Origin: Candidatus Marinacidobacterales bacterium
Lineage (GTDB): Bacteria; Acidobacteriota; Vicinamibacteria; Marinacidobacterales; SMYC01
Length of the DNA: 64,000 bases
Assembly (NCBI GenBank): GCA_965224085.1
Contig: CBDCYI010000004.1
Location: 1,344,001 to 1,408,000, forward strand
Reading direction: 5' to 3'
Under the pieces are notes generated by a model that was not told the origin of the DNA, ran no database searches, and was given only the letters and a program-made list of their open reading frames with translations. The position numbers were made by a program, and so were the translations under genes. This document shows positions 44,926 through 55,827 of this stretch, in pieces. Every line of letters begins with the position of its first letter. The first letter of the stretch is position 1.

Positions 44926-46047
44926 CTAGCTCTCCAAGCGCGACAGAAGCGCGGCGACATTACCGCCGAGCACCTTCTTGATGCGCGCTTCGGAGAAGCC
45001 GCGCCGCAGCATGAGCTCGCTCAGCTGTGGCATCCCCCCGGCATCGATGGGCGTTTCTACGTAGCCGTCGAAGTCCGAGCCAATCGCCACCGCGTCCTCG
45101 CCCGCGACGCCTATCACGTGCTCTATGTGCTCGAGCGCCTCGACGAGGCTCGGCTCCGAGAGCGCGGGCGGGGCGAGCATAATGCCGATGACACCCCCGC
45201 GCTCGGCGACGGCACGGATCTGTGGGTCGGTCAGATTCCGCCATGAGTCGTGGACCGCACGGACCCCGCCATGGCTTACGAGCGGCGGAAGTTCGGTAAG
45301 CGCGATCGCGTCATCGAACGTCGCGGGTGAGGCATGGGCAAGATCGAGCATCACCCCCGCACGGTTCATCGCTTCGACGAGGTCGCGACCGAGCGCGCTC
45401 AGCCCGCGATCCGACCCCGAGGCGCTTCCGCCATACGCGTTGTCGCTCAAGTGCACGGGGCTGATGAAGACAACGCCGAGCGCCGCGACCTCTTCGACGC
45501 GGCTCACGTCGTCGCCGAGCGCGTGGGCGCCTTCGATACCGTGAAAGACGGAGAACCGTCCGGCTTCGTGGTGATCGCGGAGAGCCGCCGCGTTCATCGC
45601 GAGTGCAACATCCCCGGCATCGACCCAGTTCCGCATCTTCCGTAGTTGGAATCGAAGCCGCTCCCAAGGGGAGAACCACGTCGCGGGTGGCCACCGATCG
45701 TGAAACGCCTTCAGACCCGCGAGCCCGAAGAAGGCGGTTGCGCTGGTGAATCCGACAGCGTCGAGGCCGCCCCTCCGCATGCGCGGAAAATCCACGTGCC
45801 CTCCTTGCCCCTCGAGTGTGAGGTCGCGCGGCCAAAGAAGCGAATCGGCGTGAAGATCGACGACGAGCGCCTCGCGATGGATGCGAAGCGCCTCGTCACT
45901 GACCTCGATGGCCGCCGAAGGCCGAAACGAAGGCTCGGGATCCCACAGGAAGAACAAACCAACGATGGTGAAGACTACGGCGATGATGAGAAGAGAAGCA
46001 CGCCGCCGAGGTAGCCGGGGGCGGCTAGCCGGTTGCCGACTAGCCAC
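44926..46047 (-). CDS. Membrane-anchored dipeptidase (M19)
   Basis: DLHAD, GHVD, GIEG, DLAH, SH, IGSDFDG. Confidence 0.92.
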   Translation of the reverse strand: MASRQPASRPRLPRRRASLLIIAVVFTIVGLFFLWDPEPSFRPSAAIEVSDEALRIHREALVVDLHADSLLWPRDLTLEGQGGHVDFPRMRRGGLDAVGFTSATAFFGLAGLKAFHDRWPPATWFSPWERLRFQLRKMRNWVDAGDVALAMNAAALRDHHEAGRFSVFHGIEGAHALGDDVSRVEEVAALGVVFISPVHLSDNAYGGSASGSDRGLSALGRDLVEAMNRAGVMLDLAHASPATFDDAIALTELPPLVSHGGVRAVHDSWRNLTDPQIRAVAERGGVIGIMLAPPALSEPSLVEALEHIEHVIGVAGEDAVAIGSDFDGYVETPIDAGGMPQLSELMLRRGFSEARIKKVLGGNVAALLSRLES

Positions 46048-47053
46048 CGCGAGTATGCATCTCGAGGTGCGGGTCCTTCCGAAGCGTTTCTACTTGGACC
46101 GGGTCCCGTCTGCGCTCGGCGCCCCGGTCCTCGCGCGCTCGCCACGTCGAAGCGATGAGCGCCGTCAGCTCTTCGTCGGTCGCGCCTCCCCGGAGCTCGC
46201 CGCGCAGATCCGCCCCGTTGTGCGCATAGAGGCAGAGGTACCACATGCCGTCTGCAGTCAAGCGGCTCCGATCGCAGGTGCGGCAAAAAGGCGCCGTCAT
46301 CGTGGCGATGATGCCGAAGGTCGTCCCGTCGGGAAGCCGGTAACGTCTAGCGGGCGCCCAGCTCTCGAGATCGACCGGCTCTGCCTGTGCACCGAAATGT
46401 TCGGCCACGACTTTTAGAATCTCGTCCCGCGAGAAGACTTGCCCGTCCGACCACCGGGTCGCGCCGCCCACATCCATGTACTCGATGAATCGCACTTCCG
46501 CGGATACTCTCTTGCCGTAGTCGATCAGATCGATCACCTCGTCGTCGTTCACACCTCGCATCACAACGGTATCGAGCTTGAGGCCGGTGAAGCCGGCGCT
46601 ACGCGCCTGGTCGATACCGGCGAGGACGTCTTTTAGCTGATCGCGCTGGCTGAGCTCGCGAAACCGCCCGGCACGGAGCGTGTCGATACTGACGGTGATT
46701 CGCGACAGCCCAGCGTCCCAGAGCGCTTTCGCCCGGGTCGCAAGCAGGAGACCATTCGTCGTAAGCGCAAGATCTTTGACCTGCTCGTTGTCGCTGAGCA
46801 TGCGGACGAGCTCGGGAAAATCCCTCCTGAGAAGGGGCTCACCGCCGGTGAGGCGCACTTTTTCGACACCCAGCGAGGTGAAGATCTGGACAAGGCGTGC
46901 CGTTTCTTCGAAGCTCAAAACGTCGCTCTTGGGAAGCCACACATACTCGGCTTCCGGCATGCAGTACTGGCAGCGCAAGTTACAGCGATCGGTGACCGAT
47001 ACACGCAAGCTTCGGACAGGCCTTTGGAGTCTGTCTACTAGATGTGTCGTCAC
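46040..47053 (-). CDS. moaA: GTP 3',8-cyclase (radical SAM)
   Basis: LRVSVTDRCNLRCQYC, FCRTCDRSR, C-terminal GG. Confidence 0.96.
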   Translation of the reverse strand: MTTHLVDRLQRPVRSLRVSVTDRCNLRCQYCMPEAEYVWLPKSDVLSFEETARLVQIFTSLGVEKVRLTGGEPLLRRDFPELVRMLSDNEQVKDLALTTNGLLLATRAKALWDAGLSRITVSIDTLRAGRFRELSQRDQLKDVLAGIDQARSAGFTGLKLDTVVMRGVNDDEVIDLIDYGKRVSAEVRFIEYMDVGGATRWSDGQVFSRDEILKVVAEHFGAQAEPVDLESWAPARRYRLPDGTTFGIIATMTAPFCRTCDRSRLTADGMWYLCLYAHNGADLRGELRGGATDEELTALIASTWRAREDRGAERRRDPVQVETLRKDPHLEMHTRGG

Positions 47054-47474
47054 ACGCGCAGTCTAGCAGGGTGCTCAAGAAAGGTCATCTGCACCCCTGG
47101 CGCTTTGTCCCCGGTTGATCGAGCCGGCGGAAAAGCGATACAAAGCTCGCATGATGGTCCTGCTACTGCTCGTCCTATGGACGTAGAGTTTGATTGCCGG
47201 GATGAGGGTGGACGCCTTCCCACTGGCCGGGCTCGATGACGAACTACAGGGCTAGCCTCGAGGGTGATGCATCCGATAGCCGTTAGCAAAATGGCGCGAC
47301 GCATGAGTTGCCTCCTTTTCGGTTCGAGGCCATTTAGTACGGATTCGAGTCGGTTGCCAACTGCTCGTAGCGCTTCCAGCAGCTATCGGCTCATCGCCTT
47401 GTGAGGGGAGGTGACAAAGCAAAGGGGGCGAAGACCTTGCGGCCTCCGCCCAAAGCGAGCGCGCGTCGCGGCCG

Positions 47475-47816
47475 TTAGGACGCGACGGCGATCAAGTTGT
47501 TCAGCTTCTCCGCGAGCGCTTCTTTCGGCGCCGCGCCGACGAGCTGCTCGACGACCTTGCCATCTTGAATGAATAAAATCGTCGGTATCGAGCGCACGCC
47601 AAACTGCTCACCGAGCCGAGGCTGCTCGTCGACGTTGACTTTGGCCACTTTGGCTTTGCCCTCGAAATCAGCTGCCAGCTCTTCGATGGCGGGTGCGATC
47701 ATCCGACACGGCCCGCACCACTCGGCCCAAAAATCCACGAGGACCGGCTGCGAGGAGTCGAGCACCTCACTCTTGAAATTATCCTCCGTTGCAGTGATGT
47801 ACTTCGCGTCACCCAT
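47475..47816 (-). CDS. trxA: Thioredoxin
   Basis: FWAEWCGPC; TAATG coupling with the upstream TetR gene. Confidence 0.96.
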   Translation of the reverse strand: MGDAKYITATEDNFKSEVLDSSQPVLVDFWAEWCGPCRMIAPAIEELAADFEGKAKVAKVNVDEQPRLGEQFGVRSIPTILFIQDGKVVEQLVGAAPKEALAEKLNNLIAVAS

Positions 47817-48421
47817 TATGCAGGTCTCCTTTCTTCCGTAAACTGTTTCTGGTCTAGAACTGAAAGCGTCACGTCCACGGCGTCTCGTAGTACGTCGACG
47901 TCGACACAACATCTCGACAAAACTCGAAGTCCTTGAAGGGCGTTCGTCAAATAACGGGCGAGCGCGCGCGAACCGTGACGGCCCGAGAGGTCCGGCGCCT
48001 TCGCGAGCGACGCTTCGAAGGCATTCTCGAGGCGTTTCAAGTTCTTCCGGATCCGCGCTGCCGTCTCTTCGTCCCCTTCGGCCAAGGACACGGCCGTGTT
48101 GGTGATGAAGCAGCCGCGGGTTCCCTGAGAGCACGCGCACTCGAGCACCACCTCGCCAAGAATCTTCGCAATGCGATCCCGCACAGTGCCGCCTTCCGCG
48201 AGCACGCGCACCGTCTTGTCATGAAAACGCTGCTCGTAAAGGTCGAGCGCTTCGAGAAAAAGTTGCTGCTTGTCTCCGAATGCGGCGTAGAGACTCCCCC
48301 GCTGAATGCCCATGATGTCGACGAGATCCTGGATTGAGGTTCTGTCGTAGCCACGCGTCCAAAACACGTTGATCGCGCGGTCCAAGACTTCATCCCGATT
48401 AAACTCTCGTGGTCTCGCCAT
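47816..48421 (-). CDS. TetR-family regulator (NemR/ComR-like, Cys-containing)
   Basis: MARPREF...FWTRGY..TS...SLYAAFGDK; GCFITN. Confidence 0.92.
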   Translation of the reverse strand: MARPREFNRDEVLDRAINVFWTRGYDRTSIQDLVDIMGIQRGSLYAAFGDKQQLFLEALDLYEQRFHDKTVRVLAEGGTVRDRIAKILGEVVLECACSQGTRGCFITNTAVSLAEGDEETAARIRKNLKRLENAFEASLAKAPDLSGRHGSRALARYLTNALQGLRVLSRCCVDVDVLRDAVDVTLSVLDQKQFTEERRPA

Positions 48422-48441
48422 CTCAGGAATGACTATACACA

Positions 48442-48463
48442 TTCTGGAACGAACAGTCAATAA
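48442..48463. promoter_or_regulatory. Probable TetR operator overlapping the -35 (TTGACT) of the tetR-trxA promoter
   Basis: Minus strand TTATTGACTGTTCGTTCCAGAA, with TATAGT downstream. Confidence 0.6.
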
Positions 48464-48528
48464 TAAATTTAAGCCGTATTGTAACAACGGTTTAAGGCGT
48501 AAGCATGAAAACTTGCAACTTATGAACA

Positions 48529-48546
48529 ATTGAATTATCATTCAAT
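48529..48546. promoter_or_regulatory. Probable ArsR/SmtB operator
   Basis: ATTGAAT-TATC-ATTCAAT palindrome just upstream of the ATG at 48551. Confidence 0.6.
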
Positions 48547-48550
48547 CGTA

Positions 48551-48898
48551 ATGGCGACGATGACGACGAGCTCCCACCGATGTCCCGACATCGAAAAGGA
48601 CGTCCTCTCGGTCGAGCAGGCGCGGATCCTCGCGGAGACCTTTCAGGTCCTCGGTGACCCGACGCGGGTGCGCATCGTGCACGCGCTCTCGCTTGCCGAG
48701 CTCTGCACCACGGACCTCGCCGCGGTCGTCGCGATGAGCGAGTCCGCGGTCTCACATCAACTGCGCACGCTGCGGCAGCTCCACGTCGTGCGGAGCCGCC
48801 GCAACGGTAAGCTCGTTTATTACAGTTTGAACGACGACCACATCCGTAGCCTTTTCCAGCAAGGCCTCGAGCACGCCTTCGAGACAGAGCAACGTTGA
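48551..48898 (+). CDS. ArsR/SmtB metal-sensing repressor
   Basis: FQVLGDPTRVRI, SAVSHQLR, DDHI...EH alpha5 site. Confidence 0.92.
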   Translation: MATMTTSSHRCPDIEKDVLSVEQARILAETFQVLGDPTRVRIVHALSLAELCTTDLAAVVAMSESAVSHQLRTLRQLHVVRSRRNGKLVYYSLNDDHIRSLFQQGLEHAFETEQR

Positions 48899-49863
48899 CC
48901 ACGAACAACGACAACGAGCACAACCACGCGCGCGGTCGCTCCGACGGGCGGACCCGCCGCTCGATGGTGCTCGCCTTTCTCTTGACCTCTGGCTTCATGC
49001 TCGCCGAGCTCATCGGCGGCATCCTCGCGAACAGCCTCGCTCTCATGGCCGACGCCGGGCACATGGTCTCCGACGCCGCGGCGCTCGGTCTCGGTCTATT
49101 CGCGATGTGGATCGCGAGCCACCCACACACGCAGCGGCGCACCTTCGGCTTTCACCGCGCCGAGATACTCGCTGCGCTCGCTAACGGATCGCTTCTCATC
49201 GTGATTGCTTTCGTCGTCAGTTGGCACGCCTTCGAGCGGCTTTCCGGAAGCGCCGCCGAGGTGGCGAGCGGTCCGATGCTCGCCATCGCTTGCATCGGGC
49301 TCGCGGTGAACCTCGTATCGCTGCACATTCTCGGCGGCCATAGCCACGGAAACCTGAATTTGCGCGCCGCCTTTTTGCATGTCGTGGGCGATGCCCTCGG
49401 CTCTGCCGGCGTCATTCTGGCCGCGATCGTCATCCGTTTCACGGGCTGGACACCGATCGACGCGCTCGTAAGTATCTTTATCGCCGTTCTAATTCTCGTT
49501 TCTGGCTGGCGGCTCGTGCGCGAAACGGTCTCAGTCCTTCTCGAGAACGCACCGCGTCACCTCGATTCGGATGCGCTGCGGAAGGATCTCATCGCCATCG
49601 AAGGGATCGAGAATGTCCACGATCTGCACGTGTGGACGGTCACCTCCGGCTTCGTCTCGTTGAGCTGCCACGCGGAAGTGACTTCGAGTGACGTCGCTGA
49701 CACTGTCTTGAGACGAGCTACCGCACTGCTTCGAGAGCGTTATGGCATCCGCCACGTCACCATCCAACCGGAAACGTCGTGGATTCACGAGGAGCTCGAG
49801 CACTGCTGCTCGGGCGAGCACGAGTCGTCGCCGTCCCTCCGGCGATTTCTGAATCAAAGCTGA
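48895..49863 (+). CDS. czcD: Cation diffusion facilitator (CzcD/ZitB-like)
   Basis: SLALMADAGHMVSD, HVVGD, HDLHVW, HVTIQ. Confidence 0.9.
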   Translation: MTTNNDNEHNHARGRSDGRTRRSMVLAFLLTSGFMLAELIGGILANSLALMADAGHMVSDAAALGLGLFAMWIASHPHTQRRTFGFHRAEILAALANGSLLIVIAFVVSWHAFERLSGSAAEVASGPMLAIACIGLAVNLVSLHILGGHSHGNLNLRAAFLHVVGDALGSAGVILAAIVIRFTGWTPIDALVSIFIAVLILVSGWRLVRETVSVLLENAPRHLDSDALRKDLIAIEGIENVHDLHVWTVTSGFVSLSCHAEVTSSDVADTVLRRATALLRERYGIRHVTIQPETSWIHEELEHCCSGEHESSPSLRRFLNQS

Positions 49864-49867
49864 GCCC

Positions 49868-51841
49868 ATGCGAGCCCTCCTCGCGATTCTTGCCTTGACC
49901 ATGGCTCAAGAGCCCGCGCGCTCGCGACGCGACTTGCTCATCGTGCACCCGGATCGCAGCGCTCCCGTGGAGCTCGAGTCCTGGCGACGGTGGAACGTGA
50001 CGAGCATCGCGGCCTCGAAAGTGACCCTTGAAGAGCTCGCGCAAGGGAGCGTCGCTCTTGTCGGCACGTCGGCGTCGAACCGATGGATCCGTGAGCTCGC
50101 GCCCAAAGAGTTCGTCGAGTGGTATGACCGTCTCGGCTATCTCGTGCAGATCTCCCAGCGGAACCCGCTGAACCCCCGTTACCGCCTGACCATCGTGGCC
50201 GGCGAATTGGCCAGCGTAATAGATAGCCCCATCCCGCGCCGTCGCGCGGACGTGCACATAAGGCGGGATGGATTTACGGCGCTTCTTGGGTTTCGCCGAG
50301 AGGACGGCTCGTACGAGTTACGCCCTTTCGAGCTCGCGACGCATCCACAGCTCGTCACCGACGCCTTTCGTTTCTTCGTGCACGGCTTCGACGTCCCCGA
50401 CGACGCGCTTCGCCGCTTCATACGGTCCGGGCCGCGGGTGGACGTTCATGTCTATCCGAGTCTCGAAGAAAAAGGCCTCATTACCGATGACACGCGTTCC
50501 GCCCACACGGACGACGGCAGATACCACATCGTTCTTGGCGTCGATGAAAAGCCCGCGCGTCTGCTTGCGGAGACCGGCGACGGACCACTTCTTTTGAAAC
50601 GTGGACGCGCGGCGCTCCGCGCCTATGACCGCGCCGAGCTCGACCGCCTCGACGAGATCGCGCGGCGCGTCATGAGCCTCAGCACACCGCCTTCGCTCGT
50701 GCAGCTCTTGGACGACGCTCACTTCGAAGCGACGTCGCCGTTCATCACGGAGGCCGTCGCAGCGTCCTTCGCTCGCTTCGTTGATGATCGCGAGGCTGAT
50801 GTCGAGAAGCTAGGGGACGCTTGGGCGCGGGCGCTCGCTGGAAAGAAGCCGCTTACCAACTCTTTCGCGCCGCCGCGCGGTTTCCAGCGCGGCTTTACCT
50901 ACGCGCACGAGGGCTACCAGATTCACAACGGCTATCTCTCCGAGCGATCGGATGCTTCTTTAGGCCAGCTGCAACAGCTCGGTATCGACACGGTTGCGGT
51001 CGTGCCGTACACGTTTATGAGAGCCCCGACTCAGATCGTGCCGCTCGAAGTGCCCAGGCGCGCAGGCTCGGAGACCGACGAGGACGTTGCCCACGTGATC
51101 CGACGCGCGCGCGAGCGTGGCCTGGACGTGCTTCTCAAGCCTCAGATCTGGGTGCGGCGAAGCTGGCCAGGAGAGATCGAAGGGACGACTCCCGCGGACG
51201 AAGATCGTCTTTTTCACGAGTATGGCGAGTGGATTCGGCACTACGCCCTCATGGCCGAGGAGCTCGAAGTACCGCTCTTTGCGATCGGGACGGAGCTCGC
51301 AAAGCTGACTAACGGACATCGACACAGGTGGCAGACGCTCATCGGAGACATCCGGCGGCTCTATTCCGGCAAGCTCGTCTATGCCGCGAACTGGGGCAAG
51401 GAGGTACAGCAAGTCGATTTCTGGGATCTTCTCGACTATATCGGCGTCGACTTCTACTACCCGCTGAGCCTCGACGAGCATCCAACCGACGAAGAGCTGG
51501 TGAAAGGATTCGAGGCGGCGCTCGATCAAGTCCGCGCGCTTTCCGAGCGCCATCGAAAACCTGTGATCCTGACTGAGATCGGCTACGCGAGCACGAAAAG
51601 CCCTTGGAAGCAACCGTATGCGAGCGACAAGGAGCGCGAGCCCTCTCCCGAGGATCAGGCGCGCGCCTACGAGATCGCTTTCCGCTGCCTTGCCGACGAG
51701 ACCGATTGGATCCACGGCATGTATTGGTGGAAGTGGCCCACGGATCTGAGACGTGGCGGCGACGGCCACCGCGGCTTCGCTCCCAACGGCAAAGCAGCCG
51801 AAGAGGTCCTGCGCCGATGGTACGGCAGTCGGCTACAATAG
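49868..51841 (+). CDS. Secreted protein with unknown N-terminal region and C-terminal GH113-like TIM barrel
   Basis: LLKPQIW, IGTEL, YAANW, IGVDFYYPL, LTEIGY, GMYWWKW. Confidence 0.8.
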   Translation: MRALLAILALTMAQEPARSRRDLLIVHPDRSAPVELESWRRWNVTSIAASKVTLEELAQGSVALVGTSASNRWIRELAPKEFVEWYDRLGYLVQISQRNPLNPRYRLTIVAGELASVIDSPIPRRRADVHIRRDGFTALLGFRREDGSYELRPFELATHPQLVTDAFRFFVHGFDVPDDALRRFIRSGPRVDVHVYPSLEEKGLITDDTRSAHTDDGRYHIVLGVDEKPARLLAETGDGPLLLKRGRAALRAYDRAELDRLDEIARRVMSLSTPPSLVQLLDDAHFEATSPFITEAVAASFARFVDDREADVEKLGDAWARALAGKKPLTNSFAPPRGFQRGFTYAHEGYQIHNGYLSERSDASLGQLQQLGIDTVAVVPYTFMRAPTQIVPLEVPRRAGSETDEDVAHVIRRARERGLDVLLKPQIWVRRSWPGEIEGTTPADEDRLFHEYGEWIRHYALMAEELEVPLFAIGTELAKLTNGHRHRWQTLIGDIRRLYSGKLVYAANWGKEVQQVDFWDLLDYIGVDFYYPLSLDEHPTDEELVKGFEAALDQVRALSERHRKPVILTEIGYASTKSPWKQPYASDKEREPSPEDQARAYEIAFRCLADETDWIHGMYWWKWPTDLRRGGDGHRGFAPNGKAAEEVLRRWYGSRLQ

Positions 51842-52059
51842 CGGCCCAAATCAGCGCCCGGAGGACAAACTCATGAAGCTCGTCATCATTAGTACAGGAA
51901 TACAGGACTGGCCATTTGGCTTTCGGGCTCTTCGGACGACCATGCCGAGAACATGGCTCGCGAACATGCGAAGAGCTGACAGCTGACAACCTGACATTGA
52001 CGGGCCTCTTCGAGGCCGCTAGCCTGGATTAATCACCTACAATATCGCGGAGGCCTCTT

Positions 52060-53223
52060 GTGCCCGATCCCTTCACGGTCACCACAAACGAGTCGCGGGG
52101 CTCACGTCTCGCAAATTCCATCAAGTCCGTTTTCTTCGGCTTCGTGCTATTCGTCGTCGCGTTCCCACTCTTGTTCTGGAACGAGGGTCGTGCCGTCCAC
52201 ACTGCGCGAAGCCTGGAAGAAGGCGCGGGCGTCGTGGCGTCGGCATCGGCCGATGCGATCGATCCGTCCAACGCGGGCCGTCTGATCCACGTCAACGGGT
52301 TCGCGAAGACCGAGGATGTGCTGCACGACGACAAATTCGGCGTTTCGGAGAGTGCCGTCCGACTGACACGATCGGTCGAGATGTACCAGTGGGTGGAGCA
52401 CGAGAGCTCGACATCGGAAACGAAACTAGGCGGCAGCAAGGAAACGAAAACGACCTACACATATGTCCAGGAGTGGAATTCATCGAGAGTCGATTCGGCC
52501 AGTTTTCAAATCGTCGAAGGCCATCAGAACCCGGCGGCCATGCCCTATGAACAACGCACGGAGCAGGCCTCGAGTGTGAGCCTAGGCGCCTTTAGCTTGT
52601 CCGATGCCCAAATTCGCCAGCTCACAAAGAGTGAGCCGCTGCGGCTCGAGTCTCTGCCATCGGGCTTTGAAGGTGCGGCGCTTCACGAAGGTCACGTCTA
52701 TGTGGGAAAGGATCCCAGCCATCACGCCATCGGAGATGCGCGGATTCGTTTCAGCGTCGTGAGGCCGGCTGCGGTCAGTATAGTGGCGCTACAAGCCGGG
52801 TCGAGCTTCTCGCCCTATGAGACAGAAGCAGGCGGCACGGTCTCGCTGCTCGAGCAGTCGATGGTCAGCGCCGAAACGATGTTCCAATCGGCGCAACGTT
52901 CGAACACTTTTCTGACTTGGGCGTTGCGTCTCGCCGGCGTTCTCGTCATGTTCTTCGGGCTCGGACTCGTCTTCACGCCGATCGCCGTCTTTGGAGATGT
53001 CGTGCCGATCGTGGGGCGCCTTCTCGCTGCCGGCACCGGTATGTTCTCGGCCCTCGTCGCCGCGTTCTTCTCGATCGGTACGATCGCCATCGCATGGATC
53101 GCCTACCGTCCGCTTCTCGGGGTCGTGCTCGGTTCCCTTGCGATCGGCGCCGTCGTGATGCTCGTCCGCGTCGCCGGCAGACGCGCCAAGCCAGTCGGTC
53201 CACCACCGCTGCCGTCAACTTGA
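52060..53223 (+). CDS. TMEM43 (DUF1625) family membrane protein
   Basis: LLFWNEGRAV, LTRSVEMYQW, C-terminal TMs, AWIAYRP. Confidence 0.88.
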   Translation: MPDPFTVTTNESRGSRLANSIKSVFFGFVLFVVAFPLLFWNEGRAVHTARSLEEGAGVVASASADAIDPSNAGRLIHVNGFAKTEDVLHDDKFGVSESAVRLTRSVEMYQWVEHESSTSETKLGGSKETKTTYTYVQEWNSSRVDSASFQIVEGHQNPAAMPYEQRTEQASSVSLGAFSLSDAQIRQLTKSEPLRLESLPSGFEGAALHEGHVYVGKDPSHHAIGDARIRFSVVRPAAVSIVALQAGSSFSPYETEAGGTVSLLEQSMVSAETMFQSAQRSNTFLTWALRLAGVLVMFFGLGLVFTPIAVFGDVVPIVGRLLAAGTGMFSALVAAFFSIGTIAIAWIAYRPLLGVVLGSLAIGAVVMLVRVAGRRAKPVGPPPLPST

Positions 53224-53235
53224 TAAGTACCTCGC

Positions 53236-54132
53236 CTAGTCTCTGGTGCTCCCGATAGCGGCGGCGAAAGCGCTCCCCATCATCGATCCGATCACGCCTA
53301 CGAAAGCCAAAATACTCAAATCGTCCCGAGGTGTTTGCTCCACGTAGCGGAACACGGTTCCCCAATACCACATGAAAGCGGCAATGCCGCCGCCGGAGAA
53401 GGCACCCGCGATGGCGCCGACAATGACCCCCGATAGCGGACCAAGCCGGAACGCCCGGCCTAGAGAGCCTCCGAGGAAACCGCCGCCGAGTCCTCCCGCC
53501 AAAGCGAACGGAAGGCCCGACCCGCCGAGAAGGTCGGCGTTTTGCTCGGTGACGAGCGTGCCTGCAGCAATGGCCGCCGTCGCCGCCGCCGGTGGTGCCA
53601 GGCATGCGCCCGCCACCCGCAAGAACAACATTCGCGAGCTATGGAGTTTCTGGAGCGGCCACGAAACGAAATAGCCTGCGGCAAACGTCGCAAAGGCGAC
53701 CTGCACGGGTCCGCTCACCTTTCCTGTCTCATTGAGAGCCATCGTGCACGACACCGCCGCGAGAACTCCGAGCCATGCGTCGCGGGCATCGAGCGTACAA
53801 AAATCACGCCATCGCACGCTGCGAAGATCTTTCTCAAGGTCCGGCCAGTCCTCGCGGCGAGGCGGAGGCGGTGTCCATTGACCAGGTGCCGTGTAAGTCT
53901 CGTCTTTCGCCGCGCCCGAGGCCGACGGTCTTATCCTTTCATCATAGGCGGCACGCTTGCGCCGGTCGGAGAGCACTAAGTTCGCGGCGACGATCTCTTT
54001 GAAACGCTCTTCGGCGTCCGGATTGTCAGGATTGCGATCGGGGTGGTAGCGCAAGGCGAGACGGCGGTAGGCGCGTTTGATCTCGCGGTGGGACGCTTGG
54101 GGCTCGACACCGAGCGTTTCGTAGAGGGTCAT
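53236..54132 (-). CDS. J-domain protein with C-terminal TM/Gly-rich region
   Basis: [17 protein letters not shown]. Confidence 0.88.
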   Translation of the reverse strand: MTLYETLGVEPQASHREIKRAYRRLALRYHPDRNPDNPDAEERFKEIVAANLVLSDRRKRAAYDERIRPSASGAAKDETYTAPGQWTPPPPRREDWPDLEKDLRSVRWRDFCTLDARDAWLGVLAAVSCTMALNETGKVSGPVQVAFATFAAGYFVSWPLQKLHSSRMLFLRVAGACLAPPAAATAAIAAGTLVTEQNADLLGGSGLPFALAGGLGGGFLGGSLGRAFRLGPLSGVIVGAIAGAFSGGGIAAFMWYWGTVFRYVEQTPRDDLSILAFVGVIGSMMGSAFAAAIGSTRD

Positions 54133-54206
54133 GCCGAGTTGTTCTGGAAACAGAATGACATAACCGCCGTTTTCGGGCTAGCATGCGCCAGGAAAGGGGG
54201 AGCACA

Positions 54207-55050
54207 ATGCGCAAAGTGTGGGCTCTATTCGAACGTGAACGCGCACTCTCTTTCACGGGTCTTTTTGGACTAGGGCTCAGCGCGGTTTGTTTCGCCGCGA
54301 TGGCGCATCACGGCGTCCTCGTCGAGCCGGAAGGCCATCTCGAAAAGGCCGCGACGTTCGACGGTGCTGTCGGGATCTTTCTCTTGACCCTCGCCCTCAT
54401 TGCGCCCAATGCGGGCTTGTCACGCTGGGGCGGCCGCATGTGGCGCTTTAGCCTCGTAGGATTGACGCTGTTCGGTTACTCCGTCGAGACGGTGCAAATG
54501 TTCCGGGGTCTCGACCCGCGGTTTACCCAGGTTGGCACAACGGCGGACCAAGTGCTCGGAGGCGTCTTCTTTCTTTCCGCTATTGGGATCATGATCTGCT
54601 TTATCGTGCTCACGCTGCGTTTCTTTTTTCGAAGCACAGAAGATCGTGACGGTCCGCTCGTGCTCGCGCTCCGCTACGGGGCTGTGGCGGCGTTGCTCGC
54701 TTTCGGTATCGGAATCGCGATGTCGGTACGCGGCAGCCCGAGAGTCGAGGAGGCGGGGAACCTTCTCCCGCTGCACGCAGCGGGGTTTCACGGGCTTCAA
54801 GCCGTGCCGCTCATCGCCCTCACGTTTCGCTGGGCGGGACGCTCGGCCGAGGACGCTCGCGCGAGCGTTCATCTGGCGGGCATATTCTGGCTCGTTGCTT
54901 GCGTTGCGATCGCCTTTCAGAGTTTTGCTGGGGCATTCCCTCCTCGAGCCAAGCGCCGCGAGCGCGCTCGCAGTCCTAGCGCTTGGCGCTTGGGCCGTGT
55001 TGTTCACGCGCGCCGCACACGCCTGGAAAGCGGCGGGAGGCAAGTGGTAG
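54207..55050 (+). CDS. Multi-TM hypothetical protein, frameshift near 54930
   Basis: Hydrophobic helices; HAAGFHGLQAVP; tail continues in another frame. Confidence 0.65.
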
Positions 55051-55084
55051 CCTGTCCGGCTCGCACAGGAGGTGCGCCATGAAA

Positions 55085-55299
55085 TCGATATCCAAGGCGT
55101 CTCCTATCGCTGGGGAGGCGACGAGCACGGGATTTTGCAATTCAAGAACCCGAGCCGCCGCATCGAAGTGGGGGACAAAGTCCTCTTGATCGCGTCGCAC
55201 TGCGACCCCACGGTGAACCTCTACGATCATTTCTACCCGTACCGCTCCGAAATGGTCACCGAGCTCTGGCCCATCGCCGCTCGTGGACGCTCGCAGTAA
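55085..55299 (+). pseudogene. C-terminal fragment of D-threonine aldolase/DSD1-like PLP enzyme
   Basis: GDEHG, GDKV...SHCDPTVNLYD, WPIAARG. Confidence 0.8.
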
Positions 55300-55369
55300 G
55301 CGTTTCCGGCGCGGAACACGGCCCACGTCGACCCATTTCGAGTCGTGTTCCGCGAAATGAAACGTCCGG

Positions 55370-55827
55370 CTACGCGGCGCGAGCGCCGAGGCCGTAGCTC
55401 TCCAAACCGTCAATGACGCTTTCGAGCACGCCCCGGAACTGCGCCGCCATGATGGTATTGCCCATTACCCAACCGAGCGGTCCGTATTTGGGCGCGAACT
55501 CGAAATCGAACGAGACGGCCGAGCGCGCAGCACCTCGAGGCTCGACGCTGAGCTTCGCGATCGCTTCTTTGAGCGGGAACTTGGCCATGTCGGTAATCGC
55601 GATCGTCATGCTCTCGCCGTCTTCATAGCTCACGATATACTCGCGGATACGATTGCCCTTGCCAAAGCGCAGAACCGCTCCGCGCCGTGACCGGTGGAAC
55701 GCTCTCCGACGGTCCCGGACTCGCGCACGAGCGGATGGAAGTTCTGAATGGCGCCAAAATCATCGATGAGCTGCCAAGCCTTCTCAGCCGGAAGCGCAAT
55801 CTCTTTCGTTACTTTCACGCTGACCAT
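55370..55827 (-). pseudogene. SRPBCC-family protein, frameshifted
   Basis: PAEKAWQLIDDFGAIQNFHP...; split across two frames near 55660. Confidence 0.75.

Noticed and set aside
47050-47304. 84-aa ORF with a signal-like N-terminus upstream of moaA
   Set aside because: Possibly a gene remnant, but no recognisable domain
51974-51996. GCTGACA heptamer repeats
   Set aside because: Only two to three imperfect copies, too short to interpret
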